Below are positions 52,140-64,000 of a DNA stretch of 64,000 nt, piece by piece. The position numbers and the translations under genes are program-made. The notes under the pieces are model-generated. The model made no database searches. It was not told the origin of the DNA and was given only the letters and a program-made list of their open reading frames with translations. The DNA is from Heterodontus francisci. Its lineage: Eukaryota. Positions within the stretch are counted from its first letter, which is position 1. Each line of letters begins with the position of its first letter. The stretch lies in assembly GCF_036365525.1 (NCBI RefSeq), contig NC_090380.1, positions 89,606,708 through 89,670,707 on the forward strand. The letters are read 5' to 3'.

Positions 52140-53170
52140 CATGCCTTGACTTAGTGTTAGCATTCTGACCTGTAAATTAGAAGGTCGTGAGTTCAAGCCT
52201 CACTAAAGGGACTCGAATCTAAGCTAGCACTCCAGTGCACTACTCAGGGATTGCTTCACTGTTAGAAGTGCTACCTTACAGATGAGACATTAAGTCCAAA
52301 CCGCATCTATTTGCTCAGGTAGATGGAAAAGATCCAATAGCGTTTGTCAAGAAAACATGTTATGCCAAATGAGGATTTTTAATTCATCGGTTGTAAACTT
52401 CCATTAAGCTTAAGGAAAAACTAAAGCTGGAAGATTAGAGACAACATTTACAAAGACTTTGCCACCGCTAAAAATGGCTGCCACTATTTGCATTTGAAAA
52501 CCTGCCACATTCCAAGACATCAAAGTGGAAACACATGTCTGATTAGCCTATACCCAAAACAATGGCTTGAACTATTGATTGAACTACCTGAGATGGCTTT
52601 CATTAGCAAGACATTCAACACCATCCTGGGCCATTAACATTGAAAGGGTGAACATTGACACCAGGAGGTTTGAGAAATTGGAATTCCTAAACTTGAATCT
52701 CATTAGAGATACCAAACAATACACCGAAACAGTCATGTCACCGTCTGTCTATCTGTGAAAGCTGGGAGTTTCCTTGGGCAAGCAGACAAGCCAGAAACTC
52801 AATCTGTGCAGAAGCAAGAAGGGCTCACTCCCCCCTCTCCGGCCCCCCTCTCTGGCCCCCTGAAGTGGTAAGCGCATCTACTTTTTAAAAAGGAATAAAC
52901 CTTTTTACAGTCAAATAAGAGGAAGGGCAAGAGGGGAGCCTTGTGACCGCTCCTCACCTGATCGTAACACATTGTTCAGAGAAAAGCCAGAGGAATTCTC
53001 CCAGTGACCATTTATCTCTCAACCAACACCACAATTATCAGATCATCTGATCATTTATCTCATTGCTGTTTGTGGGACTTTAGTGTTTACGAATTACCTG
53101 CTTGTTTGCCTACATTACTAGTTACTGCAATTTAAAAGTAGCATGCTGTGAATGTGTAACACATATAAAT
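52140..53170 (+). mobile_element. Deu-SINE split by a solo LTR
   Basis: Head/core 52140-52340 and tail 52974-53170 are collinear with 9360-9820. Confidence 0.7.
52345..52969 (+). mobile_element. Solo LTR (~625 bp)
   Basis: TGTCA...TAACA termini, CGTT/CATT 4-bp near-TSD, internal AATAAA at ~52893. Confidence 0.65.
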
Positions 53171-53215
53171 GTGTTTTTTTTTTCAGTGATTTTTTTTCAT
53201 ATGTTTACATTTTAA

Positions 53216-53350
<135 letters not shown>

Positions 53351-54633
53351 TAATTGCTGTAAAGCAAAGGATGTTTGTCTGTCCTCAGGTTATTCCTTAT
53401 AATAATTGCCGTAAAAGCATGATGGAAAGAAGGAGAGCCATATAGCCAAGGCCCACAGTGCAGGACATTACCAAGATTGAAAAGAGTGAAAGTAAGAGCT
53501 AGATAAATTGAGAATTTATGATTGGTTTTGCTAAGCTTGGGCTTTAAAAACCTGAAGGTTGTAGGAGAAATTGAATTTTACAGCACGCAAGGAGGCCATT
53601 CAGCCAGTTTCACATGCTGGCTCTCTGAAAGAGCTATCCACTTAGTCCCATACGGTTTATATTCTTTTTCAAATATTTATCCACTTTTGTTGAAAAGCTA
53701 TTCTGCTTCCACCACTTTCGAGTATAGTATTCCATGTCCTAATTTCTTCCTTCATTCTTAAATTTCTGTCTTCTCCAGTAGGAATAGTTTTTTTTCCAAT
53801 CAATTGTCCTAAGGTCTCCTTCCTTGGCTCAGTGACAATTTTTGTCTGACTGTTTTATTATATTAAATGCACTACATAAATGCAAGTTATTGTTGATGCC
53901 TTCCTTGCTGGAAAATGCCACATTGGTTCATTTGCTGGTAAATTACTAGGAATTTGGAGATTACAGTTAAGAAATACGTAGGTAATTGGGGGCAGAGGTG
54001 TAATCGTTGGGCATCCGCATCCCTGTTTAGTGGTGGGAATATCATTCAGGGTTCTTGCTCTTGTTTTGTATCCAGCTACAAATGCATGTTAGTAGGACAA
54101 CAACTTGCATTTATATAGTACCTTTAATGTAGTAAAACATACCAAAGCACTTCATAGGAGCGATATCAAACAAAATTTGACAATGAGAACAATAAGAAAA
54201 TGTTAGGACAGGTGACCTAAAGCTCACTCAAAGTTTGTAGGTTTTAAGGACCATCTTAAAGGAGGAGAGTGAGGTGGAGGAGTTTTAGAGAGGGAATTCC
54301 AGGGCTTAGGCAGGTGAAGCTGTTTAACAACCTTTCTTCACACCCTCACATTTAAATAGCTTGCTAGCCCTCACTGACTGGGTTCCCACATAAATAATGA
54401 ACAATGGTTCAGTTGCCAGAGAGTACTGTCACCTGTGGAACTGTACTTCAACAAGAAGTCTGTGTCTTGAGGGCAGAACAATTGGTAGGAAGTAAGGGCC
54501 ATGGAAAAGAAAAGTTTAGAAAATGATATAAATTTTATTGATTTCTGACACTTTTGACTCCTTCAGCTTTATACGATTTTTTTTTCCCTCGATCAAACTT
54601 CAGAAGCTTAGCACAGTAACACTCTAAAGTAAT

Positions 54634-55374
<741 letters not shown>

Positions 55375-55517
55375 TAAGCCAACACACAAATGTCACCTGA
55401 ATTAACTTTCTTTTGTATGGCATATAGACAAGGTGTCTCCATTCTCGATCTCACAGTGCCACTTATTTGTCATTAATTAATTTGCATAGGAATGAATTGA
55501 TCCCACATTGTTGTTAA

Positions 55518-55778
<261 letters not shown>

Positions 55779-56298
55779 TAACCTGAAACCTCTTTTTGAT
55801 GTCTGTTCCAGTCATTTATGTATTACTTTGTATCCACATTTAAAGGTGGTGCTTTTCCTCAAAAAGTAGTATCTTTGGTAGAATTCCGTTAATTATAGTT
55901 TCTTAATCTAGCCTCACAATTTGGATCAACATTTTAAATTTTGGAAATGCTGTTAGTTCCATGTTCATTATTTACTAGTATCTGGCAAGCATTATTCTTA
56001 AGCTCAGTGCTCATTAGGACTTACTTGCGGCTTTTCTCTAATAGAATTTACACCAGCAGCCAATTTATCATCATGTACTTTCAGTAAATTATTTGAGAAT
56101 TCAAGTCATCCTCCATGTTTTGATAAGTGAAGACATTTCACTGTTTGTGCTTTATGATTTGGAATCATATCACTCCAGAATAAGACAGAATAATTTAATT
56201 CTATCTAAGCTGGCTTCTAACTCGTGTCCACGTCAGTACTAACTCTCAATCAGCTTCAGGAGTATCCTCCAATCGGGCAGTTTTCTTTTAAAGATCTT

Positions 56299-56956
56299 GG
56301 GCTGAATTTTACTAGCCCTCTGACATCGAGGATCATGGCATTTTGCCAGTGGCAATGAGGCCTTGGTGTTGCCCGCCGCTTGGTGGCGGGGCCTTCATTT
56401 CAATATGTTAATAAAGATTAATGAATGCAAATGAACTCGCCTTGTCCCGTCTACCGTCCCACGCTGATATTCCAGTTGCTGGCCGAAACTCTCGCGCCTT
56501 CAGAACTCAGTTCGGAGTTCCGAGGCGAGATACTGATGGGGAGGGGGGAGGAGTGAAATTATCAGAGCGAGAGTGGTTGGGGGGGGGGGGGGGGGGTAGT
56601 AGGAAAAACACTTTGTGTTGGCTGTGGGGATGGTGGGAAGGGGTTGAAGGGCAAATGTGACGAGGTTGTGGTGGAACGTTCAGGTTGGGAATAAAATAAA
56701 TTTTCGTGATATAGGCCAAAGAAAAACATGGAGGTTGGGAAACGGCCTCCAGCTTTAAATTTTTCTTTAAGAAAATGCACAATAATATAACTTCAAAAAT
56801 TCAAATTTTTTCTAAGGGCTTGAAGCCCTTTAAAAATGGCACCCTCCATTTAAATGAGCCCCCGCACGAAATATCGCGGGGGCTCAGCAGCATGCAAGTT
56901 GTGCCATCTTTTAAGCTTGCCGCCAAGAACGGCAGAGGGCTTATAAAATTCAGCTC
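56299..56956. mobile_element. MITE with 24-bp terminal inverted repeats (PIF/Harbinger-like)
   Basis: GGGCTGAATTTTACTAGCCCTCTG ... CAGAGGGCTTATAAAATTCAGCTC (21/24 complementary); flanks CTT/CTC. Confidence 0.75.
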
Positions 56957-57204
56957 CTCATCTTGTGCACTGTAGTTCTGCGTGGTCAGAGGTACTGTTT
57001 TAAAATCATTGACTATAACACAGAATATATATAAAGGCCTAAAACATAAGTAATTGTATCTTTTCTGAGGCACATTTTAAAAATATCTTTATATTTTCTA
57101 TTGGCCTTCCTAAACTAATTACCACCTTAGGTAGCTAGGTGACCTGTTTTCATTACTCTGCCAGTAATGTTCTGAAACTGGATGATTGGTTATGTCATAA
57201 CAAC

Positions 57205-58130
57205 AGGAACTTGCATTTATTAGCACATTTAATGTAACAAAATATCCCAAGGCATTTCACAGCATTATCAAACAAAATTTGATACCAAATCACCTAAAGA
57301 GATGTTAGGGCAAATGAACCATAGCTTGGTCATAGAGGTAGGTTTTAAGCAGCATCTTAAGGGAGGAAAGAGAGGCAGAGGGGTTTAGGGAGGAAATTCC
57401 AGAGCTTTGGAGCTTGACAGCTGAAGGCATGGCCACGAATGGTGGAGCAATTAAAATTGGGGATGCTGAAAAGACCAGAATCAGAAAATTGTAGGGCTGG
57501 AGGTGGGGAGGGATTTGACAATAAGGATGAGAATTTTAAAATCAAATCATTGTTTAACCGGGAGCCAATGTTGGTCAGCAAGCAATGTTCCCCGTAACTA
57601 CTGTTCGTCGTGTGCAGCTGGCCTGTAGCACTATGTGGTCCCTTTAAGATTGATGCACTGCCGTGCATGTGCATATCTTAAAAGGGAACTTTGCTTGTGT
57701 GCAGTCTTTTGTTCCCTGCTTGGCACAATCCTGATTACTTTGCAACTGCACCATGCAGCTTAGTGGGAACATTAGTGATGGGTGAATAGGATTTGGTGCA
57801 AGTTATGACATGAACAGCAGAGTTTTGGATGACCTCAAGTTTACAGAAATGGGAGGCCAACCAGGAGTCCATTGGAATAGTCAAGTCTAGAGGTAACAAA
57901 AGCATGGATGAGGGTTTCAGTAGATGAACTGAAGCAGGACAGAGTCAGGCGATGTTAAGCGGGTGGAAATAGGTGATCTTGGTGATGGCAAAGATAATTG
58001 GCTTGAAGTTTGGGGTCACATGACACCAGGGTTGCAAACAGTCTGGTTCGGCCTCACAGTTGTCAGGCGAGGGGCGGAGTCAGTGGCTAGAGAATGGCAT
58101 TTGCCATAGGGCCCGAAGATAATAACTTCA
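57205..58130 (-). mobile_element. L2 3' fragment with a small TIR element at 57583-57774
   Basis: AFSCQAPKLWNFLP, GGAATAGTCAAGTCTAGAGGTAAC (reverse of VTSRLDYS); insert bounded by CAATGTTCCC/GGGAACATTA. Confidence 0.75.
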
Positions 58131-58142
58131 GTGTTCCCAGTA

Positions 58143-59050
58143 TTCAGTTCGCTGATGATTGCACAATGTTCAGCACCATTCGCGACTCCTCAGATACTGA
58201 AGCAGTCTGTGTAGAAACGCAGCAAGACCTGGACAATATCCAGGCTTGGGCTGATAAGTGGCAAGTAACATTCGCGCCACACAAGTGCCAGGCAATGACC
58301 ATCTCCAACAAGAGAGAATCTAACCATCTCCCCTTGACATTCAATGGCATTACCATCACCGAATCCCCCACTCTCAACATCCTAGGGGCTACCATTGACC
58401 GAAAACTGAACTGGAGTAACCATATAAATACCGTGCCTACAAGAGCAGGTCAGAGGCTAGGAATCCTGAGGCAAGTAACTCACCACCTGACTCCCCAAAG
58501 CCTGTCCACAATCTACAAGGCACAAGTCAGGAGTGTGATGGAATACTCTCCACTTGCCTGGATGAGTGCAGCTCCAACAACACTCCAGAAGCTCGACACC
58601 ATCCAGGACAAAGCAGCCCACTTGATTGGCACCCCATCTACAAACATTCACTCCCTCCACCACCGACGCACAGTGGCAGCAGTGTGTACCATCTACAAGA
58701 TGCACTGCAGCAATGCACCAAGGCTCCTTAGACAGCACCTTCCAAACCCGCGACCTCTACCAACTAGAAGAACAAGGGCAGCAAATACATGGGAACACCA
58801 CCATCTGCAAGTTCCCCTCCAAGTCACACACCATCCTGACTTGGAACTATATCGCCGTTCCTTCACTGTCGCTGGGTCAAAATCCTGGAACTCCCTTCCT
58901 AACAGCACTGTGGGTGTACCTACCCCACATGGACTGCAGCGGTTCAAGAAGGCAGCTCACCACCACCTTCTCAAGGGCAATTAGGGATGGGCAATAAATG
59001 CTGGCCTGGCCAGCGACGCCCACATCCCGTGAATGTATTAAAAAAAAAAG
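58143..59050 (+). mobile_element. Young CR1-group LINE 3' part (second family), open frame
   Basis: ORF 58094..58984: FADDCTMF, WADKWQVTFAPHKCQAM, IYKAQVRSVMEYSPLAW; ends in an A-tail at 59040-59049. Confidence 0.92.
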
Positions 59051-59613
59051 TTGGTGGAAATTTTTGCTCATCTAGTACTGGATGTTGGACAAGCAGTCTT
59101 AACAATTTAGATACAGTGGAGGGGTCAAGAGGTAGAGCTGGTGTATGAGTCTTCCTTTCCCGTTACTCCTTCCAACTAAAACAGGACAGTTTTGCTCTTG
59201 TAGATCCATTATCATAGACTGATCTTTTACATTTTATACTACACAATTTAGTATAAGTGAAATGTTTGTACAGTTACATGGTATGGTTCAGAACATTCCA
59301 TTAATACCCTTTTGCTAGAATCCAATTAATGGGCCTTTATGAACCTTTCATGCTTGAAGAATCTGACCAAAAAAGCAGAATTATTCCTTTTCAGCAAAAA
59401 TTATATGCAAGTTATAATCTAATTCCGGGTTCAGATGATGGTTAGAAATGCCTTGAACTTACTTCACTTTTATTATGTCATATGTATGATAAAATTAGCC
59501 ATTAGCTAATTAGCCATTATTCTGTTTGTAGAGAATAAAGCTGTATTTTTGAACTATGGGTATGAATTGCTGTGAAGCTATGATACTGGATTTTTAATAA
59601 TTTCAGTTTATGA

Positions 59614-59775
<162 letters not shown>

Positions 59776-60184
59776 TAAGTATCCTTTTTATTTGCATGTC
59801 TGTAGCATATTATGGATAGAAAAATATGTTTGAAATGGTTGGTAGATAAATGATGTGTAGTTCTGCTCGATTCGTTGGTTCTGTTGATCTTGATTTCCAT
59901 GTTTACAACTTTATTTTAAAAATAGGCATCAAACCTTTGATGTAAAGTCCTTTTCTCATTTCATATCTTTTTTCCTCATTTTGTACTTAATTAAAACAGC
60001 TACTAAACATATAATATATTTACTTAAAGTATTAAGTGACAGGACTGATTTTTATATTTGAATCACCTTATCATTCTACTCCTGGATGCTGCCTTAATGC
60101 TGAACCATATAATTTATTGTACAACTGAAGCCTTTTTACCCATTCGTCTTAGCTCCACAACCTCTATCATTAATTTCTCCTGTC

Positions 60185-62100
60185 ATAGAGTCATAGAGAG
60201 ATACAGCACCAAAACAGGCCCTTCGGCCCACCGAGTCCGCGCCGACCATCAACCACCCATTTATACTAATCCTACATTAATCCCATTTTTCCATCTCACA
60301 TCCCCACCTTCCCTCAATTCTCCTACCACCTACCTACACACCACTCATTCTGAACTAATTTTTTCTATGACACCTATATCCTGCTCCCTTGATCTGCTCC
60401 CAACCTCGCCTCCTTGTGACCACTCAGCAACTTTTCTTCTGTTTGCTGGTCTTGTAAATGCAAATGCCTTCCCTTGCTTAGCCACTATATGCTCTCTTTC
60501 GGAACTGCTTCATCAATTATCTCATCAAAATAAACCATTTCTTATCCATTTGCCTTCTCTGGCATTCGTCCCCTCTCTCATATCCTTTTCCTTGAACATG
60601 ACAACACGTCCCACTTCATGCCACTTCTTTCAAAACTCCTTTCAGTCCAGCTTCTGCTGTGCTCGCAGCACTGAGACCAGCCTGGCCAGAGTTACAGATG
60701 ACATTCTTTGTTCCTACAGTGCATTATCTCTCCTCGACCTCTGTTGGCAAATGATGCAACTGCCATACCATCTTCCTCTATTGTCTCTCTTTTGTTGTCC
60801 AGCTGCATGGGACTGGCTTCACATATTTTCACTGCTACCTGCTCTAATGCAACCAGTGCACCTGCAGCACTGGCTTCTTTTTCCATGTCTTTGAAGTCTG
60901 CAAAGGACAGTTTCTTGTCTATTCGTTCCAGCTCAGTGATATCATTTAGAGGCATGCGTCAGGTTTAATAGATCCAGATCTAAGTCGCCACCAGTCATCT
61001 CTGCCTGCTAAATTGTAATCTAAGTTTCCTCCCAGTTAGCTATCAGGATGAGCAAAGTTATCATCTTTGACTCCTGGTATAAACTCTACTCCTTTTCCCC
61101 TAACTCCATTATCTCTCCTGATTACTTACACCATATGAAACTTCAGCATACTGTTTGAGTTTTAAATCCCACTTCCTATCTATCTTCCCAACTCTACAAT
61201 GCCTGGCCTCTGTTGGAGTATATTAGAAAATTTTGAGATTGTCTCTGTACTAGAAATAACAGTTCTAGACTCTGAATCCTTCACCTATAGCTTTATTCGA
61301 GGAAACAGTATACATGATACAAAGGCTACAAGAGACCTCGCATTTCAGTTGCTGTAACACATACTTTACTCTTGCTGCCACCAAAAAACGTATCCACGCT
61401 TTCGTTGCCTCTAGGTTTGATTTCTCATTTCCTGCCCTTGCATTCACACTTTCCTTGCTGACCTAAGCTGGCTTCTTGTCTCCCAATACACTGAATTTAA
61501 TATCCCATCCTCAAGACCCTTAATGGCCAAGCACCACCTCCAATCATAGATTCCTCCTTCACTTTTTGTCCTCTTTCTGACCTTCTGTATATCCTGCTTC
61601 CTGTCATCCTCGCAATGATGACAGATCCTTCAGTCATTCCATTCTACTCTCTCCAGAACACCCTTTTTAAACTCCTCTATGCTGTCTCCACCTTCTTATA
61701 AAACTTCTTAAAACCCATCTTTTTGACTAAGCTTTCTACTTTGTCTTCTAATTCTTCCATCATGGCTTAGCATCTGTTCCTTATATTTACTTCTTTTGAC
61801 TCTGTAAAGCACCTTGACATTTATAGCGTAAAGGTGCCATATAAATGCAAGTTGTTTTAATTTATTTGCACATCTCCGATTTTCACAGATCTACCAACAG
61901 CAGCCATGATTCAGCTGCTTGGGCCCTAAGTTCTGGCATTCTTTCTCTGAACCCCTTTAGCCCTCCTCCTTTTAAGATGCTCCTTAAAACCTATCTATTT
62001 TACCAAGTTTTTCACCATCTGTCTTAAAATCTCTGTGTGGCTCAATGTCAAATTTTGTTTGATCTTAATCCTGTGAAGCATCATGGGACCCTTCACCACT
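60185..62100. mobile_element. HE1 tail fragment (60185-60340, minus) followed by heavily decayed L2 pieces (plus)
   Basis: AGAGAGATACAGCACCAAAACAGGCCCTTCGGCCCACCGAG; STETSLARVTDDIL..LSLLDL; FKMLLKTYLF. Confidence 0.65.
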
Positions 62101-62189
62101 ACAACAACAAATAATTGTATTTATATTATGCCTTTAACATTATAAAACATTCCACCTTCTCAGTGGTGACCAAGAGAGTGCAGTCCTAG

Positions 62190-64000
62190 AGAAGTGTGGG
62201 TCTAAGACTAGTGTTTTAAACCTAAATAAAGGTAACTATAAGAGTATGAAGGCAAGGCCAGCCAAAGTGAACTGGGAATCTAGGTTAAAAGTTAGGGCAG
62301 TAGAGGTGCAGTGGCAGACTATTAAGGAGATATTTAATAACTCACAGCAAAGATTTATCCCAGTGAGAAAGATTCTTTGAGAAGGATGCGTCATCTGTGA
62401 CTAAATAAGGAAGTTAAGGATAGTGTCAAATTAAAAGTAACACTGTACAAATTTGCAAAGATTAGTGTTAGGTCAGAAAATTGGACAGAATTTAAGAACC
62501 AGCAAAGAATGACAAAAAAGGGAGAAAATAGAGTATGAGGGAAAGCTAGCCAGTAACAGAAAAGCAGATTGTAAGAGTTTATACAAGTATTTAAATAGGA
62601 AAAGAGTAACTAAAGCTAGTGTTGGTCCTCTAGAGAGAGCCTGGGGAATTGGTAATGAAAAACAAGAAAATGGCAACAGCATTGAACAGGTATTTTGTGT
62701 CTGTTTTCACTGTAGAAGACTTGGAAAGACTGCCAAAGATACTTGAACATCAAGAGGTGAAAGGGAGGGAGGAACTTAAAACAATCACCATCACGAGGGA
62801 AAAGCTGCTGGGCAAACTATTAGACTGACCAGTCCCCAGTACCAGATGGGCTGCTTCCTAAGGTTTTAAAAGAAGTGGCTGCAGAGATAGTAGAGGCTTT
62901 GGTTATAATTTTCCAAAATTTCTTAGAAGGGTTCCAGCGGATTGGAAAATAGCAAATGTAACACCTTCATTCAAGAAAGGAGGGAGACAGAAAGCAGAAA
63001 ACTGTAGGCCAGTTAACCTAACATCTGTCACAGGGAAATTACTAGAATCCATTATTAAGGAGGTTATATCAGGATACTTAGAAAATCGCAGTGGGATCAG
63101 ACAGAGTCAACAGGGTTTTGTGGAAGGGAAATCATGTTTAACTAATTTATTAGAATTCTTCGAGGAAGTAACAAGCAAGGTGGAACCAGTAGATGTGGTG
63201 TACTTAGATTTCCAAAAGGCATTTGATAAAGTGCCACATCAAAGGTTGATAAGAGCACAAGGTGTAGGGGGTAGCATTAGCATGGATAAAACACTGGTTA
63301 GCTAACAGGAAGCAGAGATCAGGGTTGGCAAGTTGTAGCAAGTGGAATGCCACGGATCAGTGCTGAGGCCTCAACTATAACAATTTATATCAATGACTTG
63401 GATGCAGGGACCGAATGTATGGTAGCTAAATTTGCTCATGACACTGAAATAGGCAGGAAAGTATGTTGTCGAGAGGAGGTAAAGAGTCTACAAAAGAATA
63501 TAAATAGGTTAAGTGAGTGGGTAGTAATTTGGCAGATGAAGTATAATGTGGGAAAATGTGAACTTGTCCACTTTGGCAGGAAGAATAGAAACGCTGTATA
63601 CTATTTAAATACAGAGAGATTGCAAAACTCAGTGGCACAGAGGGATCTGGGTGTCCTGCTATATGAATCACAAAAGATTAGTATGCAGGTACAGCAAGTG
63701 ATTAGGAAAGCGTCATAATAAAAGCAAAATACTGCAGCTGCTGGAAATCTGAAATAAAAACAAAGTGCTGGAAATACTCAGCAGGTCAGGCAGCATCTGT
63801 GGAGAGAAAGTTCCGTTAACTCTGCTTCTCTCTCCGGTGATGCTGCCTAATCTGCTGATGAGTATTTCTAGCACTTTCTGCTGATTAGGAAGGCAAATGG
63901 AATGTTAGTGTTTATTGTAAGGTGAATTGAGTATAAAAGGGAAGTTTTACTGCAGCTTTACAGGACCTTTTGTGAGATCACATCTGGAGCACTGTGTACC
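62190..64000 (+). mobile_element. CR1 LINE running off the window, with a Penelope-derived hairpin insert at 63712-63881
   Basis: [48 protein letters not shown]. Confidence 0.9.

Noticed and set aside
60058-60894. 278-aa ORF in TBC1D23 intron 6
   Set aside because: Chance read-through of an HE1 SINE tail and decayed L2; no coherent domain

Overview
Vertebrate genomic DNA, most likely from a cartilaginous fish (shark-like), judged from HE1/V-SINE, Deu-SINE, CR1, L2, RTE and Penelope repeats. Most of the window is transposable-element debris, and nearly all ORFs in the supplied track are LINE fragments or noise. Three host genes can be read by hand. (1) A probable first coding exon of a minus-strand gene at 7941-7764, signal-peptide-like and unidentified. 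(2) A complete 7-exon plus-strand gene at 12767-30923 (975 nt CDS, 324 aa) that the ORF track captures only in pieces. Its C-terminal ~190 aa resemble the Cut8/Sts1 nuclear proteasome-tether domain. Its N-terminus carries a D-box (RQVLVEIPN), an RxL motif and a basic NLS-like motif, under a CCAAT/E2F-type promoter. (3) Coding exons 1-6 of TBC1D23 (40608-59774, continuing beyond the window); its exon-6 donor overlaps a perfect U12-type 5' splice site. The Cut8-like gene is the best candidate for an under-described system. Family assignments come from motif recognition and recall, not from database searches.
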